From assembly GCA_021792615.1 (NCBI GenBank), contig JAJYUJ010000002.1, positions 20,157-84,156 on the forward strand: a stretch of 64,000 nt of DNA. The letters run 5' to 3'. A program made the position numbers and the translations under genes. This DNA comes from a bacterium (GTDB lineage: Bacteria; JAMCPX01). Below the pieces are notes generated by a model. It did not search any database, was not told where the DNA came from, and saw only the letters and a list, made by a program, of their open reading frames with translations. How positions within the stretch are numbered: position 1 is the first letter of the stretch; each line of letters begins with the position of its first letter. Positions 49,557 through 58,495 of this stretch are shown piece after piece.

Positions 49557-50903
49557 CTACTTCTTGGCCTTCATGCTCTCTGGCACCTCTATTGCATCAA
49601 CAAGTATATCGCTGATAAATTTCGTATGCATGCCAAGCTTGTAATATCCAATTATGTCCTCTATGCCGCTGTGGCAGTTATGGCATGGCGTAATAACGAC
49701 ACGTGCGCCCGTTGCCTTCATTTGTTCCGCCTTGACACGGTTTCCCTCCATGCGTTTGAGCTTCCAGGGGGGACCGCAGTTGATGACACCTCCGCCTGCT
49801 GCACAGCAATAATTGTGCTCTTTGTTTGGCGACATATCCCTGAAATCTTCACAGATCGCATTCACAACATACCGCGCCATGTCACCAAGTCCCCTCCCCC
49901 GCATTACATTGCACGGGTCATGCAGGGTTACGGGCTCTTTGAATTTCTTAACGATCTTTATCCTTCCTTCTTTGATAAGCTCATAATAAAACTGGATCGC
50001 ATGTATGACCGGCACCGGAGGCATCTTCCAGCCGAACCACCGGTTCCCGACATCGTAGACGGATCTGAATGCATGGCCACATTCGCCCATGACGATCCTT
50101 TTGACCTTCAGCCGCATGGCAGCTTCAAAATGCGCCCTCTTTACCCTTCCCATTATCTCCTGATCCCCGGAAAACATGGCCATATCGCTGTTGTCCCAGC
50201 CGTCGAAAGAAGGGAACGTCCAGTCAATACCGGCAACGTTCATGATCTTGGCAGCATTTCCGATAAGCATGGCGAGGAACTTCGGCTCCGGACCGATGAC
50301 AGAATACATGATATCGGCGCCTTCCTTATCCAAAGGAATCGTAAGATTTTTTATCTCTCTTCTGTAATCGTCCTCCTGCCAGAATAAGGTATCGATCCAT
50401 TCGTCCTGCTTGAGCCACATCTGGTTCATGGTAGCAGCGTGACTGTGTGCGGTATCCTGCAGGTATTGGGGTGTTACACCGAGCAGATGGCATATACGCC
50501 GTACGGAACTTATTATGTAGGCAATATCGATTCCAAAGGGACAGTACATACTGCATCTGCGGCACAGGTTGCACTCGGTGTATGCTATTTCTGCAATTTT
50601 TTTGACGGAATCGGGACTTACACGGCCTTTGTTCTTCAGTATCTCCCACATGGTCTGCTTGACCTTACCGACCGGAGAGAAATGCGGATCACCGTCATGC
50701 GACAGATAAAAATGGCACGCCTCCGAGCATAGTCCGCAGTGGATACAGGTCGAGACATAAGCATCCAAACGTGCACCGCCCATAGCAGCCAGTGCATTGT
50801 TTATCGTTATTTCTATTTTTTCCGGGGTCAGTTTTTTTGCACCTTCTTCTAAGCCAAGATCGATTATTTTTTTCACTTCTTTCTTTTCAGCCGCTACTGC
50901 CAT
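49557..50903 (-). CDS. tmcB: TmcB (HmcF/DsrK/HdrD-like CCG Fe-S protein)
   Basis: CIHCGLCSEAC, CNLCRRCSMYC, QDTAHSH..MNQMW, GECGH, LHDPC, CCAAGGG, PCHNC; start ATG 50903 with GGAGGT SD. Confidence 0.85.
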   Translation of the reverse strand: MAVAAEKKEVKKIIDLGLEEGAKKLTPEKIEITINNALAAMGGARLDAYVSTCIHCGLCSEACHFYLSHDGDPHFSPVGKVKQTMWEILKNKGRVSPDSVKKIAEIAYTECNLCRRCSMYCPFGIDIAYIISSVRRICHLLGVTPQYLQDTAHSHAATMNQMWLKQDEWIDTLFWQEDDYRREIKNLTIPLDKEGADIMYSVIGPEPKFLAMLIGNAAKIMNVAGIDWTFPSFDGWDNSDMAMFSGDQEIMGRVKRAHFEAAMRLKVKRIVMGECGHAFRSVYDVGNRWFGWKMPPVPVIHAIQFYYELIKEGRIKIVKKFKEPVTLHDPCNVMRGRGLGDMARYVVNAICEDFRDMSPNKEHNYCCAAGGGVINCGPPWKLKRMEGNRVKAEQMKATGARVVITPCHNCHSGIEDIIGYYKLGMHTKFISDILVDAIEVPESMKAKK

Positions 50904-50947
50904 TCCATACCTCCATCGTGAACTTGATTCGTCGTACCGCGCATGTT

Positions 50948-51622
50948 TTACCAGTCCCTGGCATGACGCACCATGCCAAACTCCGAACCTGTGTAAGCCC
51001 TTGTGAATACGGAGAACAACATGTGTGCCAGCCTGGTAAAGGGGATCGCAATCAACATAAGTTCTCCGCACAGGATATGAAGCACTATTAATGCTTTATA
51101 CGGGAGAAACAGTTGGTGGTACGCTAAAAATCCTGTGAAAAACGGTAAAAATACAATTGCGAGGATAAAAAAGTCTGAAGGATAGGTAACGAACCTGACC
51201 TCTCTTGCAACAAACCTTCTCAGGAGAAAGAACACACAGGAAAGCATTACGATGAGCGTCATAAGGTCGGCAAGCCCCTCCGGCAGGGTCCACAATCTTA
51301 TGTGCCATGATTGAAACAACAGGATGTTATGTGCCAACAAGAATACCGGCGTTATGATGAGACAAAAGTGAAAAAGAAAGGTTACGGTCGTCATGACAGG
51401 GTGTCTTCTCCAATTAACCGTGCCAAAAGGTGTGGCCCAATGGGCAATGGATCTCAGACCGTATTTAAAACTCATGTACGGCAGAACGACTGCTTCCTTT
51501 TTCAGACCGGAGATTATTTTGTATATCCTGTATGTGCTGCCTGATATGAATACCAGAAAAGCGAGCCATACCATCGGACCTCTCACAAACTCATAGAAAC
51601 CTTCGCTCATAAGGAATTTCAT
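50948..51622 (-). CDS. tmcC: TmcC (NarI/DsrM-like cytochrome b)
   Basis: GPMVW, RSIAHW..PF, FH..AH, LHILCGE..IPFTRLAHM. Confidence 0.83.
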   Translation of the reverse strand: MKFLMSEGFYEFVRGPMVWLAFLVFISGSTYRIYKIISGLKKEAVVLPYMSFKYGLRSIAHWATPFGTVNWRRHPVMTTVTFLFHFCLIITPVFLLAHNILLFQSWHIRLWTLPEGLADLMTLIVMLSCVFFLLRRFVAREVRFVTYPSDFFILAIVFLPFFTGFLAYHQLFLPYKALIVLHILCGELMLIAIPFTRLAHMLFSVFTRAYTGSEFGMVRHARDW

Positions 51623-51641
51623 AGCTTTGTATTCTCCATTT

Positions 51642-53039
51642 TTAAATTTCGTCTAAAGGAACAACATACCGGTAATACTTGCCACCCCCTATGCAACGGA
51701 CGAGAATCTTATCTCCACGGGGGCTGAATACCGGGGACCAGAGTGCGTCAAACATTTTTTTACCTGCCTTGCCGTTTACAGCGACACAGTATTTCCCGTT
51801 GATTTCCGCCTTTGCCGCTACCGTACTTCCGTCCGGGCTAAAAACCGGGTCCCATATCATATCGAAATCCTGATTCCACGGGATACCGTCAACAACGATT
51901 GTCCACCGGTCGTTTCCTTCGATGCTGTGAAGTGACGAGCCCATATTCATAGGATCCTTCGATTCCTTTGCTATTGCCGCCACCCGTTTACCGTCCGGAG
52001 AAAATACGGGGTCTAAAACCGTATCGCTGAATGTTTGCTTCCATGCACTGCCGTCAACAGCTATCGTCCACCTGCCGAATTCAGATGCCACTACAGCCGC
52101 TATCTTTTGACCGTCAGAACTGAATTTCGGGGGCCATACCTGAATAAAGGGTCCCCAAATCGGCTTTCCATCGAGGGCGAGTGTCCAGCCCTTGGCGATC
52201 TTAACCGGAGCGATAACATTGTTTTTTGCCGTAAAACAGGGCTCGCACACACACTTATAGGTTTGCGGCCACATGTTCCCGTCTACGACGACTGCGTAGT
52301 CATACAGGTTTATTCTTGTTTCTGCAGCAACGTGCCTGCCGTCGGGACTGAAGGCGAGGCCCCAGACATTGACAAAGTTTTTATCCCACGGGACCCCGTT
52401 CACAGCGACGGTCCAGACACCCTTCTGAAAATTAAATATGTCGGCCTCTGCAAGCCTTTTTACGGCAACCGATGCTGCTGCCTTTGTCCCATCGGAGCTG
52501 ATGAAAAGGTTTCTTACATCGGCAAAGCCCTGTACCCATGGTTTATCCCCCAGACAAACACCGTATTGATCATCTTTCTTTATGTTGATACCAATGGATC
52601 TGCCATTTGGTGCTATCTGTAAATTCCACGCATAGTCGAACTTTTCATTCCAGGGGATCCCGTCGAGAGCAACGGTCCAGGCATTATCTTTGAGTACAAG
52701 ACATGCTGCCTTACCTTCATTGGTGAATTTAAACGACCATATTTTTTCGTACGTTTCTTCCCATGGATTTCCATTTATGCAGACGGTAAAAGTCTCATCA
52801 TCGTTCTGAACCACAGCTCCTATTTTTTCCCCGTCTTCGCTTACGTTGAAGGGACGCACCTCGGCATATCTGCTTTTCCATTCGTCGGTATTGGCGATCA
52901 TCTTTTCTTTCGTATCCCAATCCATTCTGGACTCCGCATCCTTTCCGCGGTCCAGCGGAGTTGCCGTATGTAATGGGGACGGGATACCCTGTTTTGAGAT
53001 CGGTTGGACTTTTTCTTCTGATTTTTGCGTTGCTTCCAT
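51642..53039 (-). CDS. tmcD: TmcD, Trp-rich beta-propeller subunit
   Basis: Repeated FSPDG and WTxxxDG.PW motifs; directly upstream of tmcC/tmcB. Confidence 0.8.
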   Translation of the reverse strand: MEATQKSEEKVQPISKQGIPSPLHTATPLDRGKDAESRMDWDTKEKMIANTDEWKSRYAEVRPFNVSEDGEKIGAVVQNDDETFTVCINGNPWEETYEKIWSFKFTNEGKAACLVLKDNAWTVALDGIPWNEKFDYAWNLQIAPNGRSIGINIKKDDQYGVCLGDKPWVQGFADVRNLFISSDGTKAAASVAVKRLAEADIFNFQKGVWTVAVNGVPWDKNFVNVWGLAFSPDGRHVAAETRINLYDYAVVVDGNMWPQTYKCVCEPCFTAKNNVIAPVKIAKGWTLALDGKPIWGPFIQVWPPKFSSDGQKIAAVVASEFGRWTIAVDGSAWKQTFSDTVLDPVFSPDGKRVAAIAKESKDPMNMGSSLHSIEGNDRWTIVVDGIPWNQDFDMIWDPVFSPDGSTVAAKAEINGKYCVAVNGKAGKKMFDALWSPVFSPRGDKILVRCIGGGKYYRYVVPLDEI

Positions 53040-54179
53040 TTAATGCCTCCTGTAAGGTATAGAGATCGAGAAGACGGTGCCTTTCGGTGAAGATTCAAAT
53101 GTAATCATGCCGCCGTGGCCGGCTATGATCTTTTCCGTTGTAAGCAATCCGAGTCCTGTTCCCCTGTCATTCTTCGTCGTAAAATAACCTTTAAAAATTT
53201 TATCTTTGTTTTTCCGGGAGATCCCGCATCCATTATCTTTTACAGAAACGAGACACCCGATTCCCCTATAATCACTGCTTTTAATCGTAATGCCATGATA
53301 AGACTTTCTTCGCTTATCCATTCTGCAAGCGTCTATTGCATTATCTGCAAGATTTAAAACAGCATGATAAAGACCATTGCTGTTTCCGTGTATCGTCTTT
53401 ATATCTTTACCGAACACTCTGCTGAATTTTATATGCTCCCTGGCCAGTTTTTCTTTTATCGCAACGGCAACGTCCTCTAAAATCCGGTTCATTTCGACAG
53501 GCTCCGGTATTGAAGGCACGTCTTTTGCATAGTCGAGTAAACGGAGAACCGTATCTGACAGTTTTGTTATGTTCCCCTGGATCATGGACCAGCCCTTGCT
53601 AATTTTTTCCTGTTCTCCACGCATAAGCCCGTTGTTGACTAAATATGTTCCTGCATCCATCAGGGAAACGACGTTTTTTATACTATGAGCGATACCGGAT
53701 AGTGTCTGACCGAGGACCGCGAGTTTCTCGGCATGTTTGAGCCTGGTTATGTCGGTAGCTATCTCTATAACGTGCGAAACATGGCTATGATCACCAAATA
53801 CCGGGAATGATTGAACGAGAATATGGCGGGTTTCTCCATTCAGAAGGATTGGCTCTTCGCGCATGTGTGGTTTGCCGTCATGAAAAGACCTCTCGAGGCA
53901 GCAATCATTACATTTTGCATTTCTATGTTTATAGAGTTCATAACAATGCCTGCCTGCTGTTGTGCCGAAATCCTCGATCACCCTTTCATTGGCCTGTATT
54001 ATATAAAAAGCCCTGTCCTGCATTGTTATGTAACACGGGACAGTATTATAAATGGATTTATAAATGTTAAACTGATTTATGAATGATACCATGCTTTCCC
54101 GGTAAGCCTTTGCAGAAGCAACTACTTTTCCAGAATCAAGCGTCGTTCTATCGATAGTTTTCAATGAAGAGGTTCTCAT
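53040..54179 (-). CDS. Cytoplasmic PAS sensor histidine kinase
   Basis: Cys-rich PAS CYELYKHRNAKCNDCC; AHSIKN H-box; NAIDA, DNGCG, GTGLGL; no TM. Confidence 0.9.
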   Translation of the reverse strand: MRTSSLKTIDRTTLDSGKVVASAKAYRESMVSFINQFNIYKSIYNTVPCYITMQDRAFYIIQANERVIEDFGTTAGRHCYELYKHRNAKCNDCCLERSFHDGKPHMREEPILLNGETRHILVQSFPVFGDHSHVSHVIEIATDITRLKHAEKLAVLGQTLSGIAHSIKNVVSLMDAGTYLVNNGLMRGEQEKISKGWSMIQGNITKLSDTVLRLLDYAKDVPSIPEPVEMNRILEDVAVAIKEKLAREHIKFSRVFGKDIKTIHGNSNGLYHAVLNLADNAIDACRMDKRRKSYHGITIKSSDYRGIGCLVSVKDNGCGISRKNKDKIFKGYFTTKNDRGTGLGLLTTEKIIAGHGGMITFESSPKGTVFSISIPYRRH

Positions 54180-54646
54180 ATCGCCTTTGCCCTTAAGCTT
54201 GAAGTACTTCTTTTTTTAGACGCCAGAATTTTGCGGATAACAGAAATAAGCCTTAACGATTCAACCGGTTTTTCAAAATAACCATCAGGTGGCATTAATG
54301 CCTTGGAATATAAAGCCTTTTTAAAATCTATCCCTGGATGGGTGTTATTGGTATAACTGGTTATTATTATTACGGGAATTGAACAATATTTACTGTTTTT
54401 TCGTATTTCCGTAAAAAATTTTATGCCGGTTTTATTCGGCATTATAAGATCAAGGGTTATAAGGTCAGGCACGATGGATTTCATCAGTTGAAAACCAGCC
54501 ATACCGTCGGATGCAAGCACAGTACAGAATCCAGCCTCTTCCAAAATGATTTTCAGGTAGTAAGAGAATTCAGGATCATCCTCTACAATCAGAATTCTTG
54601 GGATTATTCCGCCATGCTCATAGTTATCTGATACTTTTTTTTCCAT
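54176..54646 (-). CDS. Single-domain response regulator (likely start ATG 54646)
   Basis: ILIVEDD, PDLITLDLIMP, YFEKP. Confidence 0.88.
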   Translation of the reverse strand: MEKKVSDNYEHGGIIPRILIVEDDPEFSYYLKIILEEAGFCTVLASDGMAGFQLMKSIVPDLITLDLIMPNKTGIKFFTEIRKNSKYCSIPVIIITSYTNNTHPGIDFKKALYSKALMPPDGYFEKPVESLRLISVIRKILASKKRSTSSLRAKAI

Positions 54647-54657
54647 AAATCTCTTCG

Positions 54658-54774
54658 CTGGTCTGACCAATAATACAGAGCCATAAATATTCTATATAAC
54701 TGGTCTGACCAGTGATAAAATTATATGGTTCCTGATTCGGTGTCAAGTTATTTTGTGTACAATGTACAATATAC
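54658..54774 (-). promoter_or_regulatory. Promoter of the tmc/hmc cluster with two operator types
   Basis: TTGACA 54746-54741 with TAATTT/TATAAT -10 near 54718-54725; TGGTCTGACCA at 54659-54669 and 54701-54711; TGTGTA-CAA-TGTACA at 54754-54768. Confidence 0.75.
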
Positions 54775-54985
54775 CAATGAGGGCATTATCAAAAATGCAT
54801 AGGGCTGGTACCATCCCTATCCCGGTTTTCGTAAAATACTACCTTCGACAAGCCCCCCCTGCTGAGGTGACATCATTTCTGTGCGGTGAACTGATTCTCC
54901 ATGAGAGGGGGTGAGGGGGAAAATTGTAACAGGTATTGCTTTTTTATAAAAATTCTTATAGAGTGAAAGCTACTGGAGGATACAG

Positions 54986-55990
54986 ATGAAAATTAAGAAT
55001 GTATTATCCCTTATTGCTTTTTTGATTTTTGGTTTAACGGTTTCGAACGGGTGTACTCCTGTCAAACAAACAACTACAGACGCGCCTTCCCTGCACTTTG
55101 ATCAAGTAAGTTATAATTTTGGAAAAATCCCTAAGGGAAAAAAAGTTTCACATAATTTTACGTTTACCAATACCGGTAATGAGAAGCTTGTCATAACCAA
55201 GGTACAACCAACCTGCGGGTGTACGGTGGCGGTTACCTCATCAAAGGAATTGTTGCCGGGAGCAAAGGGCGTAATCAAGATTACATTCGATTCTCAGGGC
55301 TACCTTGGACCTATTACCAAGACCATTACGGTTATGGATAACGACCCTGCAAAACCATCGGTATTGCTGTCTATCAGCGGCGACGTAGTCACAGACGTTA
55401 TGCTCTCTAAACCAGCCCTGTTTTTCGGCTCTATTAAGAAGGGGCAGGGAGCACAGCAATCTGTAGATATTTTCATCTCCAATCCTTCTGTGCACATAAT
55501 GTCCGTCGTCTCGACAAATCCTTATATAAAAGTATCAACCGTCAGCCAGTTTATGTCCCAGGAAACTATCAATGTGTCCGTTCTTCCGGATGCCGGGTAT
55601 GGTCCGCTCAACGCCGATATTCTTATTCTTTCTTCGAGCAAAGAACAACCTGCGCTCCACATACCGGTTATAGGTAACATTGTCGGCGATATTCTTCTGA
55701 ACCCCGATGTGGTAGATTTTGGCGTTGTTAAGGCACACGCCGAACAAAGTATACTGCCTGTTTACCTTTATACTCAGCCGCCGCGCGAATTCTCTTTAAC
55801 AAAGGTAACGGTAAAACCCGATATTGTCCATGTAAAGGTCATGAAACAAAACCAGGGAAGCTATAAGTTAGAATTGCTGTTAAAACCGGTAAAAAGTATG
55901 GGTGGTATTCATGGCACCATAACCGTCCTGACAACAATGAAAAAAATGCCTGTTGTCGTTATTCCGTTTCAAGGAACTATCGAGCCCTAA
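54986..55990 (+). CDS. DUF1573 Ig-like domain lipoprotein
   Basis: Signal ending NGC; YNFGKI..FTFTNTG..L.I..V.PTCGCT. Confidence 0.85.
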   Translation: MKIKNVLSLIAFLIFGLTVSNGCTPVKQTTTDAPSLHFDQVSYNFGKIPKGKKVSHNFTFTNTGNEKLVITKVQPTCGCTVAVTSSKELLPGAKGVIKITFDSQGYLGPITKTITVMDNDPAKPSVLLSISGDVVTDVMLSKPALFFGSIKKGQGAQQSVDIFISNPSVHIMSVVSTNPYIKVSTVSQFMSQETINVSVLPDAGYGPLNADILILSSSKEQPALHIPVIGNIVGDILLNPDVVDFGVVKAHAEQSILPVYLYTQPPREFSLTKVTVKPDIVHVKVMKQNQGSYKLELLLKPVKSMGGIHGTITVLTTMKKMPVVVIPFQGTIEP

Positions 55991-56009
55991 CCCATGACAA
56001 AAAAAACAG

Positions 56010-56041
56010 TTGACTTGTTGAAATGTATATTGTATACATAA
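56010..56041 (+). promoter_or_regulatory. gntR promoter with putative autoregulatory operator
   Basis: TTGACT-17 bp-TATACA; TGTATA-TTG-TATACA at 56024-56038. Confidence 0.7.
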
Positions 56042-56047
56042 AACATT

Positions 56048-56722
56048 ATGGGACTAAGACAAATTGATCTTCAAAAGAAACAAACGCTAAGGGAACAAAT
56101 AGCGGATGCCATACGGGACGCTATCATAAAGGGTATTCTCCAGCCCGAAGAACGTGTGGCAGAAGCAGAAATGGCCAACAAGTTCAACATCAGCAGGACG
56201 CCTATCAGAGAGGCAATACGGCAGCTTGAGACAGAAGGGTTCATAAAGGTACAGGCTCACCGGGGTGCTTATGTCGCTCCGATCACAGAAAAGGACATAC
56301 GGGATTTTTACGAGATCAAAAGCATCCTTGAAGGATATGCCGCAAAGCTTGCGTGCAGCAGGATGAACGAAGACGACATAAAAAAAATGGAAGAACTCAA
56401 CAACAAGCTCGAAGATGCGCATAAAAAAGGTGAATGGCGGCTCGCGTTCAAGCTGCACAATGATTTCCACGATAAATTCCTGCGCAACTGCGGCAACGAG
56501 AAACTGTATCAATTGCTCCAGTCGCTGACCCAGCAATTCCAGAGATTCAGAATAGCCCTGACGATGAGCGGCAAGATTGAAGGTTCTATAAGCCAGCACC
56601 GGGAGATAGTAAATGCATTCCGCAAACGCAATGCAGACCTTGTAGAAAAGCTCGTCAAAGAGAACGCAACCTATGGGAGTGAAACACTTGTCTCAGAAAT
56701 TCTGAGACATGGACAGGTGTAG
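56048..56722 (+). CDS. GntR-family (FadR subfamily, FCD domain) transcriptional regulator
   Basis: wHTH ISRTPIREAIRQL; FCD motifs NDFH, GN..L, QHREI. Confidence 0.93.
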   Translation: MGLRQIDLQKKQTLREQIADAIRDAIIKGILQPEERVAEAEMANKFNISRTPIREAIRQLETEGFIKVQAHRGAYVAPITEKDIRDFYEIKSILEGYAAKLACSRMNEDDIKKMEELNNKLEDAHKKGEWRLAFKLHNDFHDKFLRNCGNEKLYQLLQSLTQQFQRFRIALTMSGKIEGSISQHREIVNAFRKRNADLVEKLVKENATYGSETLVSEILRHGQV

Positions 56723-56723
56723 C

Positions 56724-57326
56724 ATGGGCGTTTTGTCCACAGAGGTTTTAGTTCTCAATAAATCATACCTTCCGGTACATGTAACGACGGTAAAAAGAGC
56801 GTTTACCCTTCTCTACGAAGGCATTGCCAAGGTTGTGGATAAACAGTTTACCATTTATGACTTCAAAAACTGGGCGGAATTAAAAGCAGAATACGATGAC
56901 GATGTTATCGGTATTGTGCAACGAGTGATCAAGGTACCGAGGGTGATCGTGCTTGTTGCTTATGACCGCATACCGAAGAAGCACGTACGGTTCTCAAGGC
57001 TCAACATATTTTCCCGGGACAAAAACACCTGTCAGTATTGCGGAGAATCATTTTCAAGGACGGAGCTTAATATCGACCACATCATACCGCGCTCGGTCGG
57101 GGGTTTAAGCACATGGGACAACGTTGTCTGCAGTTGTTTTGAATGCAATAAAAAGAAAGGCGGGCGTACGCCTGAACAGGCAGGTATGAAATTAATCAGA
57201 AAGCCACGAAAACCCGAATGGACACCCTATGCGGCATTTAATTTCAAACATATCCTTTACGAAGAATGGGCGCCATTTTTGAATATCGTGGATGCGTCAT
57301 ACTGGAATGTCGAGCTCGAAAAGTAA
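56724..57326 (+). CDS. HNH endonuclease (McrA-like stand-alone family)
   Basis: VLVLNKSY; RDKNTCQYCG, IDHIIPRSVGG, WDNVVCSC..CNKKK. Confidence 0.9.
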   Translation: MGVLSTEVLVLNKSYLPVHVTTVKRAFTLLYEGIAKVVDKQFTIYDFKNWAELKAEYDDDVIGIVQRVIKVPRVIVLVAYDRIPKKHVRFSRLNIFSRDKNTCQYCGESFSRTELNIDHIIPRSVGGLSTWDNVVCSCFECNKKKGGRTPEQAGMKLIRKPRKPEWTPYAAFNFKHILYEEWAPFLNIVDASYWNVELEK

Positions 57327-57335
57327 CTATTATAT

Positions 57336-58232
57336 ATGGTAAAAATAGGGCTCGCCCTCGGCGGGGGCGGAGCACGGGGTCTTGCACATATCGGGGTGAT
57401 AAAACAACTCCATAAATCCGGCATTAAATTCCATTGTATAGCCGGAACAAGTGCCGGTGCCATTGTAGGGGCTATTTATGCGAGTTCCCAAGACCCGGAC
57501 ATCATAGAGGAAAAACTCCTGATCATGCTCAGAAGCAAAGAGTTCAGGAGCATAAAACTGGATTACATACGGGGGAAAAAGGCCGAGAAGGACAGCGTTT
57601 TTGAGTCTGTGCGAAGACATTTTTTTACCGGTATGTTTTTTGCCTCTTCCATAACACGGCTTTCTTTTGTAAAAGATCCTACCTACAGAAGCCTTATCAA
57701 TATGCTCATAGACGACGTTCTCATAGAGACCTTGCCCATCAAATTTTCCGCAATAGCCGTGGATATTTTAAACGGTATGGTTTTGAAGATCGAGAAAGGG
57801 GCATTGCGGGAAGCAATCATGGCAAGTTCTGCCATACCCGGCGTACTCCCTGCCGTACAAAAGGACAACATGCTCCTTGTAGACGGCAGCTTTATCGATA
57901 CCGTGCCTGTCCGGCACGTACGCCAGCTTGGGGCCGATATTGTTATAGCCGTCGATGTCTCCTCTCCCCTCGATATTATAAAAACACCGTCAAGGGGGAT
58001 AGACCTTATATGGCGCTCAAACGCCATTTTGCGTCATATCGCAAAGGAAGAACAATTACGGGATGCCGACCTCGTCATTCGGCCTTCGCTTAACGGACTT
58101 GAATGGACGGATTTCGGCAGGTATTCTGACATGATAAAGCAGGGCTTTTATGCAGCAGAGTTGCAAATTAATAAATTGAGTGGTTTAATCGATGTAAAAG
58201 AACAAAGGGGGCTTTATGCCGCTAATAGGTAA
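57336..58232 (+). CDS. Patatin-like phospholipase
   Basis: LGGGGARG, GTSAG, ASSAIPG, VDG. Confidence 0.9.
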   Translation: MVKIGLALGGGGARGLAHIGVIKQLHKSGIKFHCIAGTSAGAIVGAIYASSQDPDIIEEKLLIMLRSKEFRSIKLDYIRGKKAEKDSVFESVRRHFFTGMFFASSITRLSFVKDPTYRSLINMLIDDVLIETLPIKFSAIAVDILNGMVLKIEKGALREAIMASSAIPGVLPAVQKDNMLLVDGSFIDTVPVRHVRQLGADIVIAVDVSSPLDIIKTPSRGIDLIWRSNAILRHIAKEEQLRDADLVIRPSLNGLEWTDFGRYSDMIKQGFYAAELQINKLSGLIDVKEQRGLYAANR

Positions 58233-58494
58233 CGAGGTTGAAGCGAAAAGGCTTGCGAGAGCAATTGCCTCTGACCTTGCCCTGTACAATCAGGAAAAAG
58301 TAAAACAGGGCATAGAAAATGATAATTTTTATGAAGTCATGAAGGATGAAATAGGAGAAGGGAAAGAACTTTTCTTGAGCAGGTTGTCACCGGAATTCAA
58401 GCAAAACAAATCGGTAGTGCAACTCTATGAAAGAGCAATCGCGGATGTTATCATAAAGCTGGCAGGCCAAAGGATAAAATCCAAAATCTGGTAA
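58216..58494 (+). CDS. Small hypothetical protein
   Basis: AKRLARAIASDLALYN motif; translationally coupled in operon. Confidence 0.75.
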   Translation: MPLIGNEVEAKRLARAIASDLALYNQEKVKQGIENDNFYEVMKDEIGEGKELFLSRLSPEFKQNKSVVQLYERAIADVIIKLAGQRIKSKIW

Positions 58495-58495
58495 T

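Noticed and set aside
50904-51071. N-terminal extension of the TmcB ORF overlapping tmcC
   Set aside because: A strong SD precedes ATG 50903; the extension is an ORF-caller artefact
56709-58232. HNH plus patatin as an anti-phage defence system
   Set aside because: Both look like common stand-alone families inside a gntR-rluD-pgeF housekeeping operon; no cyclase, methylase or ATPase partner
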